Assembly (NCBI GenBank): GCA_021797925.1 | Contig: JAJZYS010000002.1 | Span: forward strand, 1-35,548 | Length of the DNA: 35,548 nt | Direction of reading: 5' to 3' | Source of the DNA: Bacillota bacterium | GTDB lineage: Bacteria; Bacillota; Sulfobacillia; JAJZYS01 | Program-made: the position numbers and the translations under genes | The notes under the pieces: model-generated | The model's database searches: none | What the model was told of the DNA's origin: nothing | The model's input: the letters and a program-made list of their open reading frames with translations, nothing else | Shown: in pieces, positions 9,033-17,106 of the stretch | How the letters are laid out: every line of letters begins with the position of its first letter | Position numbering within the stretch: the first letter of the stretch is position 1

Positions 9033-10421
9033 ATGCGCACCCTGATCCGCGGCGGCCAGATCGTGACGGCCACCGACCGCTACGCCGGCGACATCCTCAT
9101 CGAGGACGGCGTCATCCGCACCATCGGCCAGTCCCTCGACGCCACCGCCGACCACCACATCGACGCCAAGGGCCGCCTGATCCTCCCCGGCGGGGTCGAC
9201 GTGCACACGCACCTCGACATGCCCTTCGGCGGCAGCAACTCCAGCGACGACTTCGAGACCGGCACGGTGGCGGCAGCCTTCGGCGGGACCACGAGCATCG
9301 TCGACTTCGCCATCCAGTACCGGGGGGAGTCCCTCACCGAGGCGCTGGACCACTGGCACCGCCGGGCCGAGGGCAAGGCGGTGATCGACTACGGCTTCCA
9401 CATGATCATGTCGGACGTCAACCCCCAGAGCCTGGCCGACATGGACCGGATGGTCAACGAGGGCGTCACCTCCTTCAAGCTCTTCATGGCCTATCCCGGC
9501 GTCTTCATGCTCGACGACGCGTCGATCTTCCGGGCGATGCTGCGCACGGGGGAGAACGGCGGCCTCATCGCCATGCACGCCGAGAACGGCGGGGTGATCG
9601 ACGTCCTGGTCCAGCGGGCGCTGGCCCAGGGGCACACCGCCCCCCGCTACCACGCCCTCACCCGGCCGTCCCTGGCCGAGGGGGAGGCCACCCACCGGGC
9701 CATCGCCCTGGCGCAGATGGCCCACGTCCCGGTGTACATCGTGCACCTGACGGCGAAGGAGGCGCTCGACGCGGTCCGTCAGGCGCGCGACCTGGGCGTC
9801 GCCGCGTACGCCGAGACCTGTCCCCAGTACCTCTTCCTCTCCTACGACAACTACGAGGAGCCGGGCTTCGAGGGCGCCAAGTACGTCATGTCCCCGCCCC
9901 TCAGGCCCAAGGACCACCAGGACGAGCTGTGGAAGGGACTCGGGAGCGGAGATCTGCAGGTGGTGTCCACGGACCACTGCCCCTTCTGCATGAAGGAGCA
10001 GAAGGAGCTGGGCCGCGACGACTTCTCCAAGATCCCCAACGGCGCCCCGGGGATCGAGACGCGGATGACGCTGGTGTACGACGGCGGCGTCCGGGCGGGA
10101 CGGATCGACCTCAACCGGTTCGTGGAGATCACCTCCACCGGGCCCGCCAAGCTCTTCGGGCTCTTTCCCCGCAAGGGGACCATCGCACCGGGGTCGGACG
10201 CCGACCTGGTGATCTGGAATCCCGACGCCAGCGCGGTCCTGTCCCAGAAGACCCTGCACATGAACGTGGACTACAACCCCTACGAGGGACGCCGGGTGCA
10301 GGGGGTCCCCGAGATCGTGCTCTCCCGCGGCGAGGTCATCGTCCAGGACGGGGCGCTCCACGCCCGGCCCGGCCGGGGACGGTTCCTGCGCCGCGGCCCC
10401 TCGGGCCCGAGGATCATGTAG
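9033..10421 (+). CDS. dihydropyrimidinase / D-hydantoinase (cyclic amidohydrolase)
   Basis: 462 aa. Metal-binding GGVDVHTHLDMPFGG, SFKLFMAY (carboxylated-Lys context) and VVSTDHCPF. GAGGAGGG Shine-Dalgarno 8 nt upstream. Confidence 0.9.
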   Translation: MRTLIRGGQIVTATDRYAGDILIEDGVIRTIGQSLDATADHHIDAKGRLILPGGVDVHTHLDMPFGGSNSSDDFETGTVAAAFGGTTSIVDFAIQYRGESLTEALDHWHRRAEGKAVIDYGFHMIMSDVNPQSLADMDRMVNEGVTSFKLFMAYPGVFMLDDASIFRAMLRTGENGGLIAMHAENGGVIDVLVQRALAQGHTAPRYHALTRPSLAEGEATHRAIALAQMAHVPVYIVHLTAKEALDAVRQARDLGVAAYAETCPQYLFLSYDNYEEPGFEGAKYVMSPPLRPKDHQDELWKGLGSGDLQVVSTDHCPFCMKEQKELGRDDFSKIPNGAPGIETRMTLVYDGGVRAGRIDLNRFVEITSTGPAKLFGLFPRKGTIAPGSDADLVIWNPDASAVLSQKTLHMNVDYNPYEGRRVQGVPEIVLSRGEVIVQDGALHARPGRGRFLRRGPSGPRIM

Positions 10422-10442
10422 CCGCCCGGCTCCCGCTGCCGT

Positions 10443-10488
10443 CCGGCCCCACCCTCCGCCAGCGGTCGTTGGGCGGGGGTGGGGCCGG
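10443..10488 (+). terminator. GC-rich hairpin after dihydropyrimidinase (putative operon terminator)
   Basis: CCGGCCCCACC (10443-10453) pairs with GGTGGGGCCGG (10478-10488). The stem extends by CCGCC/GGCGG across a small bulge. Loop about 11 nt, no U-tract. It starts 22 nt after the stop. Confidence 0.5.
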
Positions 10489-10881
10489 AATCTCCTGGTG
10501 ACGCGGGCGGCAGGCGGGCGGGACGTGACGCCCGGGAGCTTGGCCCGCGCGCGGCCGAGGTGAGGGGGCCCTGGCGGGACCGGTCTTCTGGCTCGACCCG
10601 CGGGCGCAGGCGGTGAGAGGAGGATCACCTCCCGGCCGGACGCCGGCCGCGCACTCCCTGTCGTCCCGTCACCCGGCGCCCTCGCGCACCAGGCGGCAGC
10701 ACCGCAGGCCAGGGTCGCCGCCGGCCGGCCTTAGAGGCACGTGGAGCTCGCGCCGCCCGGCGGCCGCAACGCCAGCGCCGTCGCCACAACATGCCCCGCG
10801 GATCACGGGCGGTCCATGCCGGTGGCGCGGGTTGACCTGCGGCGGGTCCCGAGGCGCGCGGGCGGAGTCGACACCGGATCC

Positions 10882-10910
10882 TTGCGGGGCGGCGATCGCT
10901 CGGTTACAAT
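10882..10910 (+). promoter_or_regulatory. sigma-A-like promoter upstream of ubiE/menG
   Basis: TTGCGG (10882-10887), 17-nt spacer, TACAAT (10905-10910), about 40 nt upstream of the GTG start at 10951. It sits in one of the few AT-richer patches. Confidence 0.4.
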
Positions 10911-10950
10911 AGCGACCCTGGGGGTCGGGGCCGTTCGAAAGAAGGATCCT

Positions 10951-11664
10951 GTGACAGAACAAACGGATAAAGAGCGCATGGTGCACCAGGTGTTCGACAC
11001 CATCGCGCGGGTGTACGACCCCATGAACCTGGTGCTGACCATGGGCCTGTGGCGAGTCTGGCAGCGGCGCTTTGCCCGCGTGCTGGCCGTGAAAAGCGGG
11101 CAGCGGGCGCTGGACGTGGCCTGTGGCACGGGCGATCTCACGCGGATGTTGGCGGAGCGCGTCGGCCCGACGGGCCACGTGGTCGGAATCGACCTCTCGG
11201 AGCGCATGCTGGAGGTGGCGCGCGGCAAGCTGGCCGGGGCGGGACTGGGAAACGTGACCTTTCAGCCGGGCAACGCCCTGGCCCTGCCCTTCGCCGACGC
11301 GAGCTTCGACGTGTGCACCATCGGGTTCGCTCTGCGCAACGTCACCGACATCCCCGCCACGATCCGGGAGATGGCCCGCGTGACCCGGCCCGGCGGCCGC
11401 GTCCTCTCCCTGGAACTCTCCCACACCGAGGTGCCAATCTTCCGGTCCCTCTTCGCGCTGTACTTCTACCACCTCGTGCCGTGGATGGGACGGCTCGTCC
11501 GCCACGGCAAGGATCCCTACGCGTGGCTGGCGCTCTCGCTGCGCAGTTTCCCCCCCCGGCGCGAGCTCGAGGCGATCATGCGGGAGGCGGGCCTCGTGAA
11601 CGTCTCCAGCATCCCCCTCACGCTGGGAGTGTGCGCCATTCACCAGGGCGAGGTGCCCCGATGA
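10951..11664 (+). CDS. ubiE: demethylmenaquinone/ubiquinone C-methyltransferase (UbiE/MenG family)
   Basis: GTG at 10951 in frame with ORF 10741..11664. N-terminus KERMVHQVFDTIARVYDPMN is typical of the family. SAM motif I is LDVACGTGD. Also PGGRVLSLELS and a C-terminal GVCAIHQG. Confidence 0.85.
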   Translation: MTEQTDKERMVHQVFDTIARVYDPMNLVLTMGLWRVWQRRFARVLAVKSGQRALDVACGTGDLTRMLAERVGPTGHVVGIDLSERMLEVARGKLAGAGLGNVTFQPGNALALPFADASFDVCTIGFALRNVTDIPATIREMARVTRPGGRVLSLELSHTEVPIFRSLFALYFYHLVPWMGRLVRHGKDPYAWLALSLRSFPPRRELEAIMREAGLVNVSSIPLTLGVCAIHQGEVPR

Positions 11665-11718
11665 GGCGGGGTGCGGGCAGGAGCCGCGGCGGCGGGCCGC
11701 GAAATCCTCCTTGTGGAG

Positions 11719-11750
11719 CGGCGGCGCCCCCTCGCTCGGGGGCGCCGCCG
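11719..11750 (+). terminator. GC-rich hairpin after ubiE/menG
   Basis: Perfect 13-bp stem CGGCGGCGCCCCC (11719-11731) / GGGGGCGCCGCCG (11738-11750) with loop TCGCTC. Confidence 0.5.
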
Positions 11751-11830
11751 GAGCGACCGGGCCCGCCGGGAGGGCGCCGGGTGCAAGGATGCGGCGCGCG
11801 AGTGCAATGCTTTGACGGTGGGCGTGGTGC

Positions 11831-13180
11831 ATGGACGACAAGCTGAAAGCGACCGATCCTCGGGTCCGGCGGGGCCGGCGCGGCGGCCGGCCCTGGCCGC
11901 ACCGCAACTCCGCCGACCGCATCCAGCTGCGCCAGCGGCTGCTGGAGCGCATGCCGGCGTGGGACCCCGGGGACCGTTTCCTGTTCGAGCCGCCGGCCGG
12001 CGACACCGAGCCGTACCAGCAGGCGGTGGAGCTGTTCACGGGCTTCACCGTGCTGCCCGTGTCCATGGTGGGCCCGGTGCGCGTGCACCTGGGAGCGTAC
12101 GAGCTGGAGCCCGTCCGGGGCGAGCTGCAAGAGCGCTCGCGGAGCCTGGACGAGGTGATCGTCCCCCTGGGGCACACCGAGGGGGGCCTGGCGGCGTCGC
12201 TGCACCGGGGGGCCGTGGCCACCGCCAACGACGGCGGCATCACCACGCACGTCCTGAGCGACCGCATGACCCGCGACTGCTGCTTCGTCTTCGGTTCCAG
12301 CGAAGAGGCCCTGCGGTTCAGCCGCTGGGTCGAGGCCGAGGCGCCCCAGATGCGCGCGTGGCTCGAGGACCCCGACAACCCCCTGCGCCGCCTGTCGGTG
12401 CAGGGAGTGGGGCGGCTGAGCCGCCACGCGCGGCTGTGGGAGGTGGACACCCACGTCATCGGCGGGATGTGCCACGTCCTCTACCGGTTCACCACCGGCG
12501 ACGCCTGCGGTCCCAACATGATCACCCGCAACAGCTACGCGCTGAACCAGGAGTACATCCTGCCGCGCTACGACGGCGAGAAGCCCCAGCACATCTTCCT
12601 CGAGGCCAACATGGGCGGGGACAAGAAGCCCAGCCACTCGTACTTCGAACGCGGCGGCCACGGCAAGGAGGTCATGGCCGAGGCCCGGCTCAGCCGGGGG
12701 ACCCTCACCCGGGTCCTGCACACCTCGGCGCGGGATCTTCTGGCCCTGGCGCACGCCGGCGTCCACGGGGCGCTGGCGAGCGGCATGGACTCCTTCAGCT
12801 TCACCCCCGCCAGCGCGGTGGCCGCCATCTTTGCCACCACCGGCCAGGATCTCGGGATGGTGGGCACCTCCAGCATGGCCCACGGGATCATCCAGCCGGC
12901 GCCCGAGGACGGCGTCAGCTTCTCCCTGCGCCTGCCCAACCTGGAAGTCGGCACCATCGGCGGCGGCACGGGGCTTCCCTATGCGGCCGCCCACCTCAGG
13001 ATCATGGGCTGCCGGGGCGAGGGCAGCGTCTACCGCCTCGCCCAGATCGTGGCGGCCGCGGCGCTGTGCCTGGAGATCTCCGCCTCGGCCGCCATGGCCA
13101 CCGACGGCAGCGCCCGTTTCTACCAGGCGCACCTCGAGCGGGGCGGACTGCGGGGCGAGCGTCCCGGCGAGGTCGACTAG
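11831..13180 (+). CDS. HMG-CoA reductase family protein, divergent (class-I-like catalytic domain only)
   Basis: 449 aa. By-eye matches to class-I HMGR motifs: LPVSMVGPV (cf. PVGVAGPL), PLGHTEGGLAAS (cf. PMATTEGCLVAS), DRMTRD (cf. DGMTRAP), GDACGPNM (cf. GDAMGMNM), GGDKKPS (cf. CDKKPA) and VGTIGGGTGLP (cf. VGTVGGGT). Confidence 0.65.
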   Translation: MDDKLKATDPRVRRGRRGGRPWPHRNSADRIQLRQRLLERMPAWDPGDRFLFEPPAGDTEPYQQAVELFTGFTVLPVSMVGPVRVHLGAYELEPVRGELQERSRSLDEVIVPLGHTEGGLAASLHRGAVATANDGGITTHVLSDRMTRDCCFVFGSSEEALRFSRWVEAEAPQMRAWLEDPDNPLRRLSVQGVGRLSRHARLWEVDTHVIGGMCHVLYRFTTGDACGPNMITRNSYALNQEYILPRYDGEKPQHIFLEANMGGDKKPSHSYFERGGHGKEVMAEARLSRGTLTRVLHTSARDLLALAHAGVHGALASGMDSFSFTPASAVAAIFATTGQDLGMVGTSSMAHGIIQPAPEDGVSFSLRLPNLEVGTIGGGTGLPYAAAHLRIMGCRGEGSVYRLAQIVAAAALCLEISASAAMATDGSARFYQAHLERGGLRGERPGEVD

Positions 13181-13184
13181 CGCG

Positions 13185-14138
13185 TCACCACCAGTTGCCG
13201 TTGCCCCCGCCGAACAGCCCGCCCAAAAGGTCCCCGGCCAGGTTGGCCATCATGTCCGCGGCGAACAGCTGGCCGAAGCCGATGCCGCCGTATGCGCCAG
13301 GCTGGTTCCAGCTGCGGGCCGACCACGCGGGCGGGGCCGCCTGCGCGGTGGCGTCCTCCTCCTCGTCGTTCTCCGTCTCCGGAGCCTTCGCCGCGCAGCC
13401 GGGGACCTCGAGTTCCTGGGCAGCATAGAGATAGGGGCGCAGCACCCCGTCGTAGTAGTAGGATTCCGCCTGTTCGTGGGTGTCCGGGTCCACCCGCTGG
13501 CCCTCCTGGATGGCGCCGATGACGAGGTCTGCGGCGTCGCGCTGGGTGCGGGCCTCCTGCATCCTCAGGAGCGGCCCTTTGATCGCGTCGGTCCCGTCCT
13601 TGAGCTTGAGCTTGAGCGCCTCGATGCGCGTGCCGATGATGGACTCCACCTTGCTCGCGGCCCGCTTCATCGCGAGCAGGTGCTCCACCGGACAGCGCCC
13701 GGGCACCTCGAAGCGGGGGCCCGGCAGCACCGGCAGCTCGAGGCTGGCGCCGTTCTGGAACTCCAGTTCCTGGCGCACCGCCGTCACCACGGCCGGCACG
13801 CGCTGGTAGAAGCTCTGAGCCTGGAGGAAGGTCACGTGGGGCACGTGGTTGGGGTGGTTCTCGTCCACGAACCCGTCCAGGACGAAGCTGTCGGCGAAGG
13901 CCACCAGCACCTGGGCCCCCGCCAGGAAGGCCCGGGCCCGGGCGAGGCGCGCGCGGACGGCCTCGGGGTCCATGCCCTGGCTGCGCAGGTCTCCCTCGCG
14001 GCTGTCCACCTCCTCTCCCAGGCTGTAGACGACCCCTCCGATCCGGCGCAGACCCGCGAGCTTCTGGACGACGGGGTCCTCGTGGTGCAGGTTCAGCCCG
14101 CGCGCCAGCTCGTGGTGCAAGAGATCCCGAAATCCCAT
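13185..14138 (-). CDS. hypothetical protein with acidic linker and C-terminal glycine-zipper/aromatic hydrophobic tail
   Basis: 317-aa ORF with a GGAG Shine-Dalgarno 5 nt upstream of the ATG. GC3-rich frame. I recognise no family. The tail is GAYGGIGFGQLFAADMMANLAGDLLGGLFGGGNGNWW. Confidence 0.6.
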   Translation of the reverse strand: MGFRDLLHHELARGLNLHHEDPVVQKLAGLRRIGGVVYSLGEEVDSREGDLRSQGMDPEAVRARLARARAFLAGAQVLVAFADSFVLDGFVDENHPNHVPHVTFLQAQSFYQRVPAVVTAVRQELEFQNGASLELPVLPGPRFEVPGRCPVEHLLAMKRAASKVESIIGTRIEALKLKLKDGTDAIKGPLLRMQEARTQRDAADLVIGAIQEGQRVDPDTHEQAESYYYDGVLRPYLYAAQELEVPGCAAKAPETENDEEEDATAQAAPPAWSARSWNQPGAYGGIGFGQLFAADMMANLAGDLLGGLFGGGNGNWW

Positions 14139-14602
14139 GACGGCTCACTCCGTTCTGAAAAGACTGACCGCTGGTGCTCTGCCCCGGTGAGGGCGCAAGG
14201 CCGCCGCCTCGCGCTGTTGCCGGGGACCCTGGGCGAGCGTGGCTCAAGCGGGGACGCCCCGCGCCGAGACCCCCGGGGCACGCGGTGCCTCGCGGTCCGC
14301 CCTCAGCCCAGGCGGGCCCCGCCCGGGCGCGGCTCTGTGGGATGCGATCGTTGCGAAGCCGGTCCACGTCCCCCCAAGGCTGACCCTACAGAAAACGTGA
14401 GGGGAGGTCAAGCTTTGCTCGCGCTGCCGTCGGCGGTGTCGACCGCAGGTGGGCCGCTGGCGCGGGGGGCGCGCCACGCGACCGGCGGGCGCGCTTGCGC
14501 ACCCCCTCGCAGCGGGCCGTTGGCGCCTGGTGCGAGCGCCGCCTTTACGCTCCGGTGCCCGATGACGGATAATGACGGGCAGGCACCGGCGGCACCGGCG
14601 CC

Positions 14603-15529
14603 ATGAGATCCTCGTGGACGGGCCGCATCCTCCTGGCGCTGGCGGGCAGCCGTCGCCTCGAGGCCTTCGTCCGGCGCCACGGGAAGCGGCTCGGGGTGGA
14701 CCGGTTCGTCGCGGGCGCGGACCTCGAGGCCGCCCTCGCGGTGGTGCGCGAACTCGAAGCCCGAGGCTTCGGGACGACCGTGGACCGGGTGGGCGAGGGG
14801 GCCCGGGAGGAGGCGGCCGCCGATGACGCCGCCGCCGCGTACCTGGAGCTGCTCGACGGCATCGGCCGAGTGGGTTCGAGGGCGCACGTGTCCGTCAAGC
14901 TCACGGCCCTGGGCCTCGACCTCGACCGCGAGGCCTGCCGGGGGCGGGTGGAAGCGATCGCGGGGCGGGCGAAGGCGGCTGGAAGCCTCGTGCGCGTCGA
15001 CATGGAGGACTCGGCTCACCTCGAGGCCACCCTGGAGCTCCTCGGAGAGGTGCGCCGCACCCATCCCGAGGTGGGAGTCGTCGTCCAGGCGTACCTGCGC
15101 CGCTCCCGCGAGGACCTCCTGGGGCTCATCGCCCAGGGCGTGCGGATCCGGCTGGTGAAGGGCGCGTACCGGGAGCCCCCCGACATCGCGTACCAGCGTC
15201 GGGACGCGGTGGACCGCGCATACCTCGACCTGGCCCGCCTGGCGCTTGCAGCCGGGGCGCAGGTGGCGTTCGCGACCCATGACACGGCCCTCATCGCCGC
15301 CATCCAGCGGGAGGCGGCGGCGATGGGGCGCCAGAGGGAGCAGGTGGAGTTTCAGATGCTCTACGGCGTGAGGCCCGCTCTGCAGCGCGAGGTCCGCGAC
15401 GCGGGCTACCCGCTCAGGGTCTACGTCCCCTACGGACGGGACTTCTACCCCTACTTCATGCGCCGCGTCGCCGAGCGGCCGGCGAACCTGGCCTTCGCGC
15501 TGCGCCAGCTGCGGGATCGGGCGCGATGA
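14603..15529 (+). CDS. proline dehydrogenase (monofunctional PutA-type TIM barrel)
   Basis: 308 aa, collinear by eye with Thermus/Bacillus monofunctional PRODH. Motifs VSVKLTALGL, VRVDMEDS, RLVKGAY, AFATHD, FQMLYGVR and YVPYGRDFYPYFMRRVAERPANL. Confidence 0.9.
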   Translation: MRSSWTGRILLALAGSRRLEAFVRRHGKRLGVDRFVAGADLEAALAVVRELEARGFGTTVDRVGEGAREEAAADDAAAAYLELLDGIGRVGSRAHVSVKLTALGLDLDREACRGRVEAIAGRAKAAGSLVRVDMEDSAHLEATLELLGEVRRTHPEVGVVVQAYLRRSREDLLGLIAQGVRIRLVKGAYREPPDIAYQRRDAVDRAYLDLARLALAAGAQVAFATHDTALIAAIQREAAAMGRQREQVEFQMLYGVRPALQREVRDAGYPLRVYVPYGRDFYPYFMRRVAERPANLAFALRQLRDRAR

Positions 15530-16536
15530 CCGCGCTCAGCCTGCGCCGGCCCCGGCACGGCGACGTGCCCGAGGTGACCGCGCTCGTGCACCGAGCGCTG
15601 GCCACCTTTCCGCCGGGGTGGGGTCCCGCGTGCGCCACGGAGGCGACGGTGGAGCGGCGGCTCATGATGGACGAGGCGCGTCTGGCGCGCGACGAGCTGG
15701 GCCGGGCGGTGGGGTGCGTGGTGGTGACGTCCGATCCCGACGGGGCGGGCCGCATCGACTGGCTGGTCGTGGACCCCGCCGCCCGGGGCCAGGGCATCGG
15801 CGGCCGGCTCCTGGGGGTGGGCGAGCGGCTCGCGGCGCGGCAGGGGCACCGCAGCGTCCGGGTGACGCTCCCGCCGCTGGGCGCATCCATGGCTGGGCTG
15901 CTTCTGGGGTCGGGCTTCGTCCCCGACGGGCGGGGGGAGCTCGACTTCGTCAAGTCCACCGATCCGGGGGAGTGGCGCGTGCCCCGCCCGCGGGTGCGCA
16001 TCGCCGTCGGGTCCATGAATCCCACCAAGATCACGGCGGTGGCGCGCGCCGCCTTCCGGGTGGGACTGTGGAACGCGGTGCAGGGCGTGCACGTCGACAG
16101 CGGCGTCCGGGCCATGCCCATCGGCCACGCGGAGCTGCGCGCCGGCGCCGCCAACCGGGCCCGGGCCGCGCTGAGCCGCCTGCCGCGGGCCCGGTTCGGC
16201 GTCGGCATCGAGGGCGGGGTCGTCTGGGGAGAGGGCGGCGAGGCTTGGCTCACCAATGCGGTGGTGGTGCGCGCCCGCGACGGGACCGAGACCGAGGGGG
16301 GTGGCGGGCGGCTCAAGCTGCCGGCGCGGCTGGCCGAGGCCGTGGCCGAAGGCGCCGAGCTCGGCCCGGTCATGGACGAGCTCACCGGGGAGGACAACAC
16401 CAAGCAGCGCGAGGGCGCCGTGGGTCACCTGACCCGCGGGCGCCTGGACCGCACCGAGGCCGAGACCTGGTCCGTCCTCACGGCGCTTCCGGAGCTACTG
16501 TCGCGGGCGCTGTACCGCTCGGGCGACCCCGGGTAG
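15526..16536 (+). CDS. fusion protein: N-terminal GNAT acetyltransferase plus C-terminal YjjX/DUF84 inosine/xanthosine triphosphatase
   Basis: 336 aa. The ATG overlaps the PRODH stop (ATGA). GNAT motif A is LVVDPAARGQGIGGRLL. The C-terminal half is collinear with YjjX: VGSMNPTKITAV, VDSGV, GIEGGV, ELGPVMDELTG and REGAVGHLTRGRLDR. Confidence 0.75.
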   Translation: MTALSLRRPRHGDVPEVTALVHRALATFPPGWGPACATEATVERRLMMDEARLARDELGRAVGCVVVTSDPDGAGRIDWLVVDPAARGQGIGGRLLGVGERLAARQGHRSVRVTLPPLGASMAGLLLGSGFVPDGRGELDFVKSTDPGEWRVPRPRVRIAVGSMNPTKITAVARAAFRVGLWNAVQGVHVDSGVRAMPIGHAELRAGAANRARAALSRLPRARFGVGIEGGVVWGEGGEAWLTNAVVVRARDGTETEGGGGRLKLPARLAEAVAEGAELGPVMDELTGEDNTKQREGAVGHLTRGRLDRTEAETWSVLTALPELLSRALYRSGDPG

Positions 16537-16547
16537 GGTCCGAGGCG

Positions 16548-16922
16548 TCAGACGCGCTGGAGCAGGCGGCCGATGACCGGATAGCGGCAACGCACCCCCT
16601 TCAGGGCGGTCACCGAGGCCCACATCGCCACGGCGGTGGTCACCACGACCATGAGGCCCAGAATCGACGCCGAGCCCAGGAAGCGTTCCAGGCCCACGAG
16701 ACCCGTGGCCAGGGAGCCCGCGAGGGCGAGGGAGCTCAGGTACAGCACGCAGAACACCGCCAGCTGGTAGGCGAGCGCCTGCTTGGCGTGGTCCGCGACA
16801 AAGGCCGAGTGGTCCCGCTGCCACAGCAGCACCACCAGGGTGCCCACCATCCCCACCCAGGAGAAGAGAATGCCCAGGTGCACCACCGCGGCCCAGCCCC
16901 GCTCCCAGCGCTCAACGCCCAC
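16548..16922 (-). CDS. DUF4870-family small membrane protein
   Basis: GTG at 16922 preceded by GGGAGC. 124 aa. Family-like ERGWAAVVHLG...LLWQRDHSAFVADHAKQALAYQL followed by 2 further TM helices. The upstream part of ORF 16548..17177 is junk. Confidence 0.7.
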   Translation of the reverse strand: MGVERWERGWAAVVHLGILFSWVGMVGTLVVLLWQRDHSAFVADHAKQALAYQLAVFCVLYLSSLALAGSLATGLVGLERFLGSASILGLMVVVTTAVAMWASVTALKGVRCRYPVIGRLLQRV

Positions 16923-17106
16923 CGCGCCCGCTCCCTTCCCACCGTGTGGTCCCCGGTGAGAGATATGCGGCCGGGCGGCGGCGATGCCCCGCAACCGCCC
17001 CGTTGCCACCAGGGGAGCGCATCGGGTACGCTGTCCTCGGCCGGGGCGGCGGCCGTCGCCCCGACCCCGAAGCGGAAGGGACCGACGACACGTGGCTGAG
17101 ACACCT

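Noticed and set aside
6326-9073. 915-aa ORF on the minus strand; similar very long ORFs at 8955..10628(-), 10669..12459(-), 11618..13132(-), 24401..26017(-), 25467..27515(-), 30316..31932(-), 33695..35458(-) and 18196..20211(+)
   Set aside because: These ORFs are antisense or off-frame to genes with clear family motifs. Their translations are Arg/Pro/Gly/Ala-rich with no recognisable domains. Stop-codon scarcity in DNA of about 70% GC produces such shadow ORFs routinely.
10619-10632. GGAGGATCACCTCC, which includes an 11-nt match (GGATCACCTCC, 10622-10632) to the conserved 3' end of 16S rRNA
   Set aside because: No other 16S-like sequence flanks it. It is an isolated GGAGG/CCTCC hairpin in an intergenic region, so the match is probably coincidental or at most a small SD/anti-SD-like stem. 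It is not an rRNA gene.
10422-10881. 460-bp GC-rich gap after dihydropyrimidinase that contains ORF 10613..10912 and the 5' part of ORF 10741..11664
   Set aside because: The translations are Arg/Pro/Gly junk. The UbiE/MenG homology starts only at the GTG at 10951, which has its own promoter-like TTGCGG-17-TACAAT. I cannot support a gene in this gap.
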